This document shows positions 63,316 to 64,000 of a stretch of DNA of 64,000 nt, piece after piece. The stretch lies in NCBI RefSeq assembly GCF_018977255.1, contig NW_024704742.1:21330001-21394000 (forward strand), written 5' to 3'. Position numbers and translations under genes: made by a program. Position 1 is the stretch's first letter, and every line of letters begins with the position of its first letter. Under the pieces are notes generated by a model, which made no database searches, was not told where the DNA came from, and worked only from the letters and a program-made list of their open reading frames with translations. Source of the stretch: Callorhinchus milii. Lineage: Eukaryota.

Positions 63316-63405
63316 CAGAATCTTCAACAGAGAAATAGAAGATGTCATTGGTTGCATTGTCGCCCTCACGCAGAATGTAGGAGATCTTCATGTCATCGAT
63401 ATCAG
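63316..63405 (-). CDS. FREM3: FREM3/FREM2-family internal coding exon (equivalent to human exon 2), 90 bp
   Basis: Minus strand aacAG|CT GAT ATC...GAT TCT G|GTaggc translates to (A)DIDDMKISYILREGDNATNDIFYFSVEDS(G), the end of the last CSPG repeat of FREM2/3. The paralog call is tentative. Confidence 0.93.
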
Positions 63406-64000
63406 CTGTTATAAAGCAATTTGCAGACAATTAATGATTGGCATTGTCCAATACATCAGAAAAAATGCCATTAGTGTAATTTGAAACATAATTGGATTTG
63501 AAATGCAATATTCACAAAGAGATACTTGCTACATCAAAGTTTGTTTTGTAAAAATAAATTGTTGGATTGCTGAGATTCGCTAAAAATGTTGAAAAATTCA
63601 GGAAAACAATCTAGCATTGGATCTTTGACCTAGATTATAAACTCAGGTACAACCAGAGCTGAGATATTTCAGTCTTGTGAGCAAATTCATATTGGTTTAA
63701 ACCATCTCCTCATTACCATTCTCAACCCTGTCCAACCTATGTACCTAGGGGAATAGGTACTTTGTTTGAATAAGGTGAAAAGTCCTTTGAAAAATGTGAA
63801 TGTACCTTTAACACATTCAGGTCACTGAGCCAGAGCAACAGATTTGATGCAAGCATTGCATCCTATTCCTGAAAGCCTTTCCCTCCTTCTCCTAAATTTG
63901 TAGAAGACTGAGAAGATTAAGCAAAGCAGCTTACATTGCCTGTTATGTAGTGAAAAATCCACTCTCCCATGATACAAAATTAACTTATTTATAATGTAGA

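Overview
This is vertebrate genomic DNA, most likely from a cartilaginous fish and possibly a chimaera (inferred from the shark-type CR1 tail and the DeuSINE/L2 repertoire). The whole window lies inside one minus-strand gene of the FREM2/FREM3 family (FRAS1-related extracellular matrix protein). I read 11 internal coding exons by hand, from 63405 down to 1, all with GT-AG boundaries and phase-1 introns. They encode the end of the CSPG region and the Calx-beta domains. Diagnostic residues lean to FREM3, but the gene continues with intact exons past the point where human FREM3 ends. Two introns are very large (about 27.4 kb and 22.5 kb). The introns hold a young composite tRNA-Ala/CORE-like/Deu/L2-tail SINE family, older DeuSINEs, L2 fragments, a near full-length internally deleted CR1 LINE, palindromic MITE-like relics, a 74-nt near-perfect hairpin and an 84%-GC 25-bp minisatellite. 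I see no clearly new multi-gene system. The best leads are the full-length FREM3-like structure, the composite SINE and its L2 partner stem-loop, the 74-nt hairpin and the CpG-rich minisatellite. Comparisons to human proteins and repeat consensi are from memory and need database confirmation.
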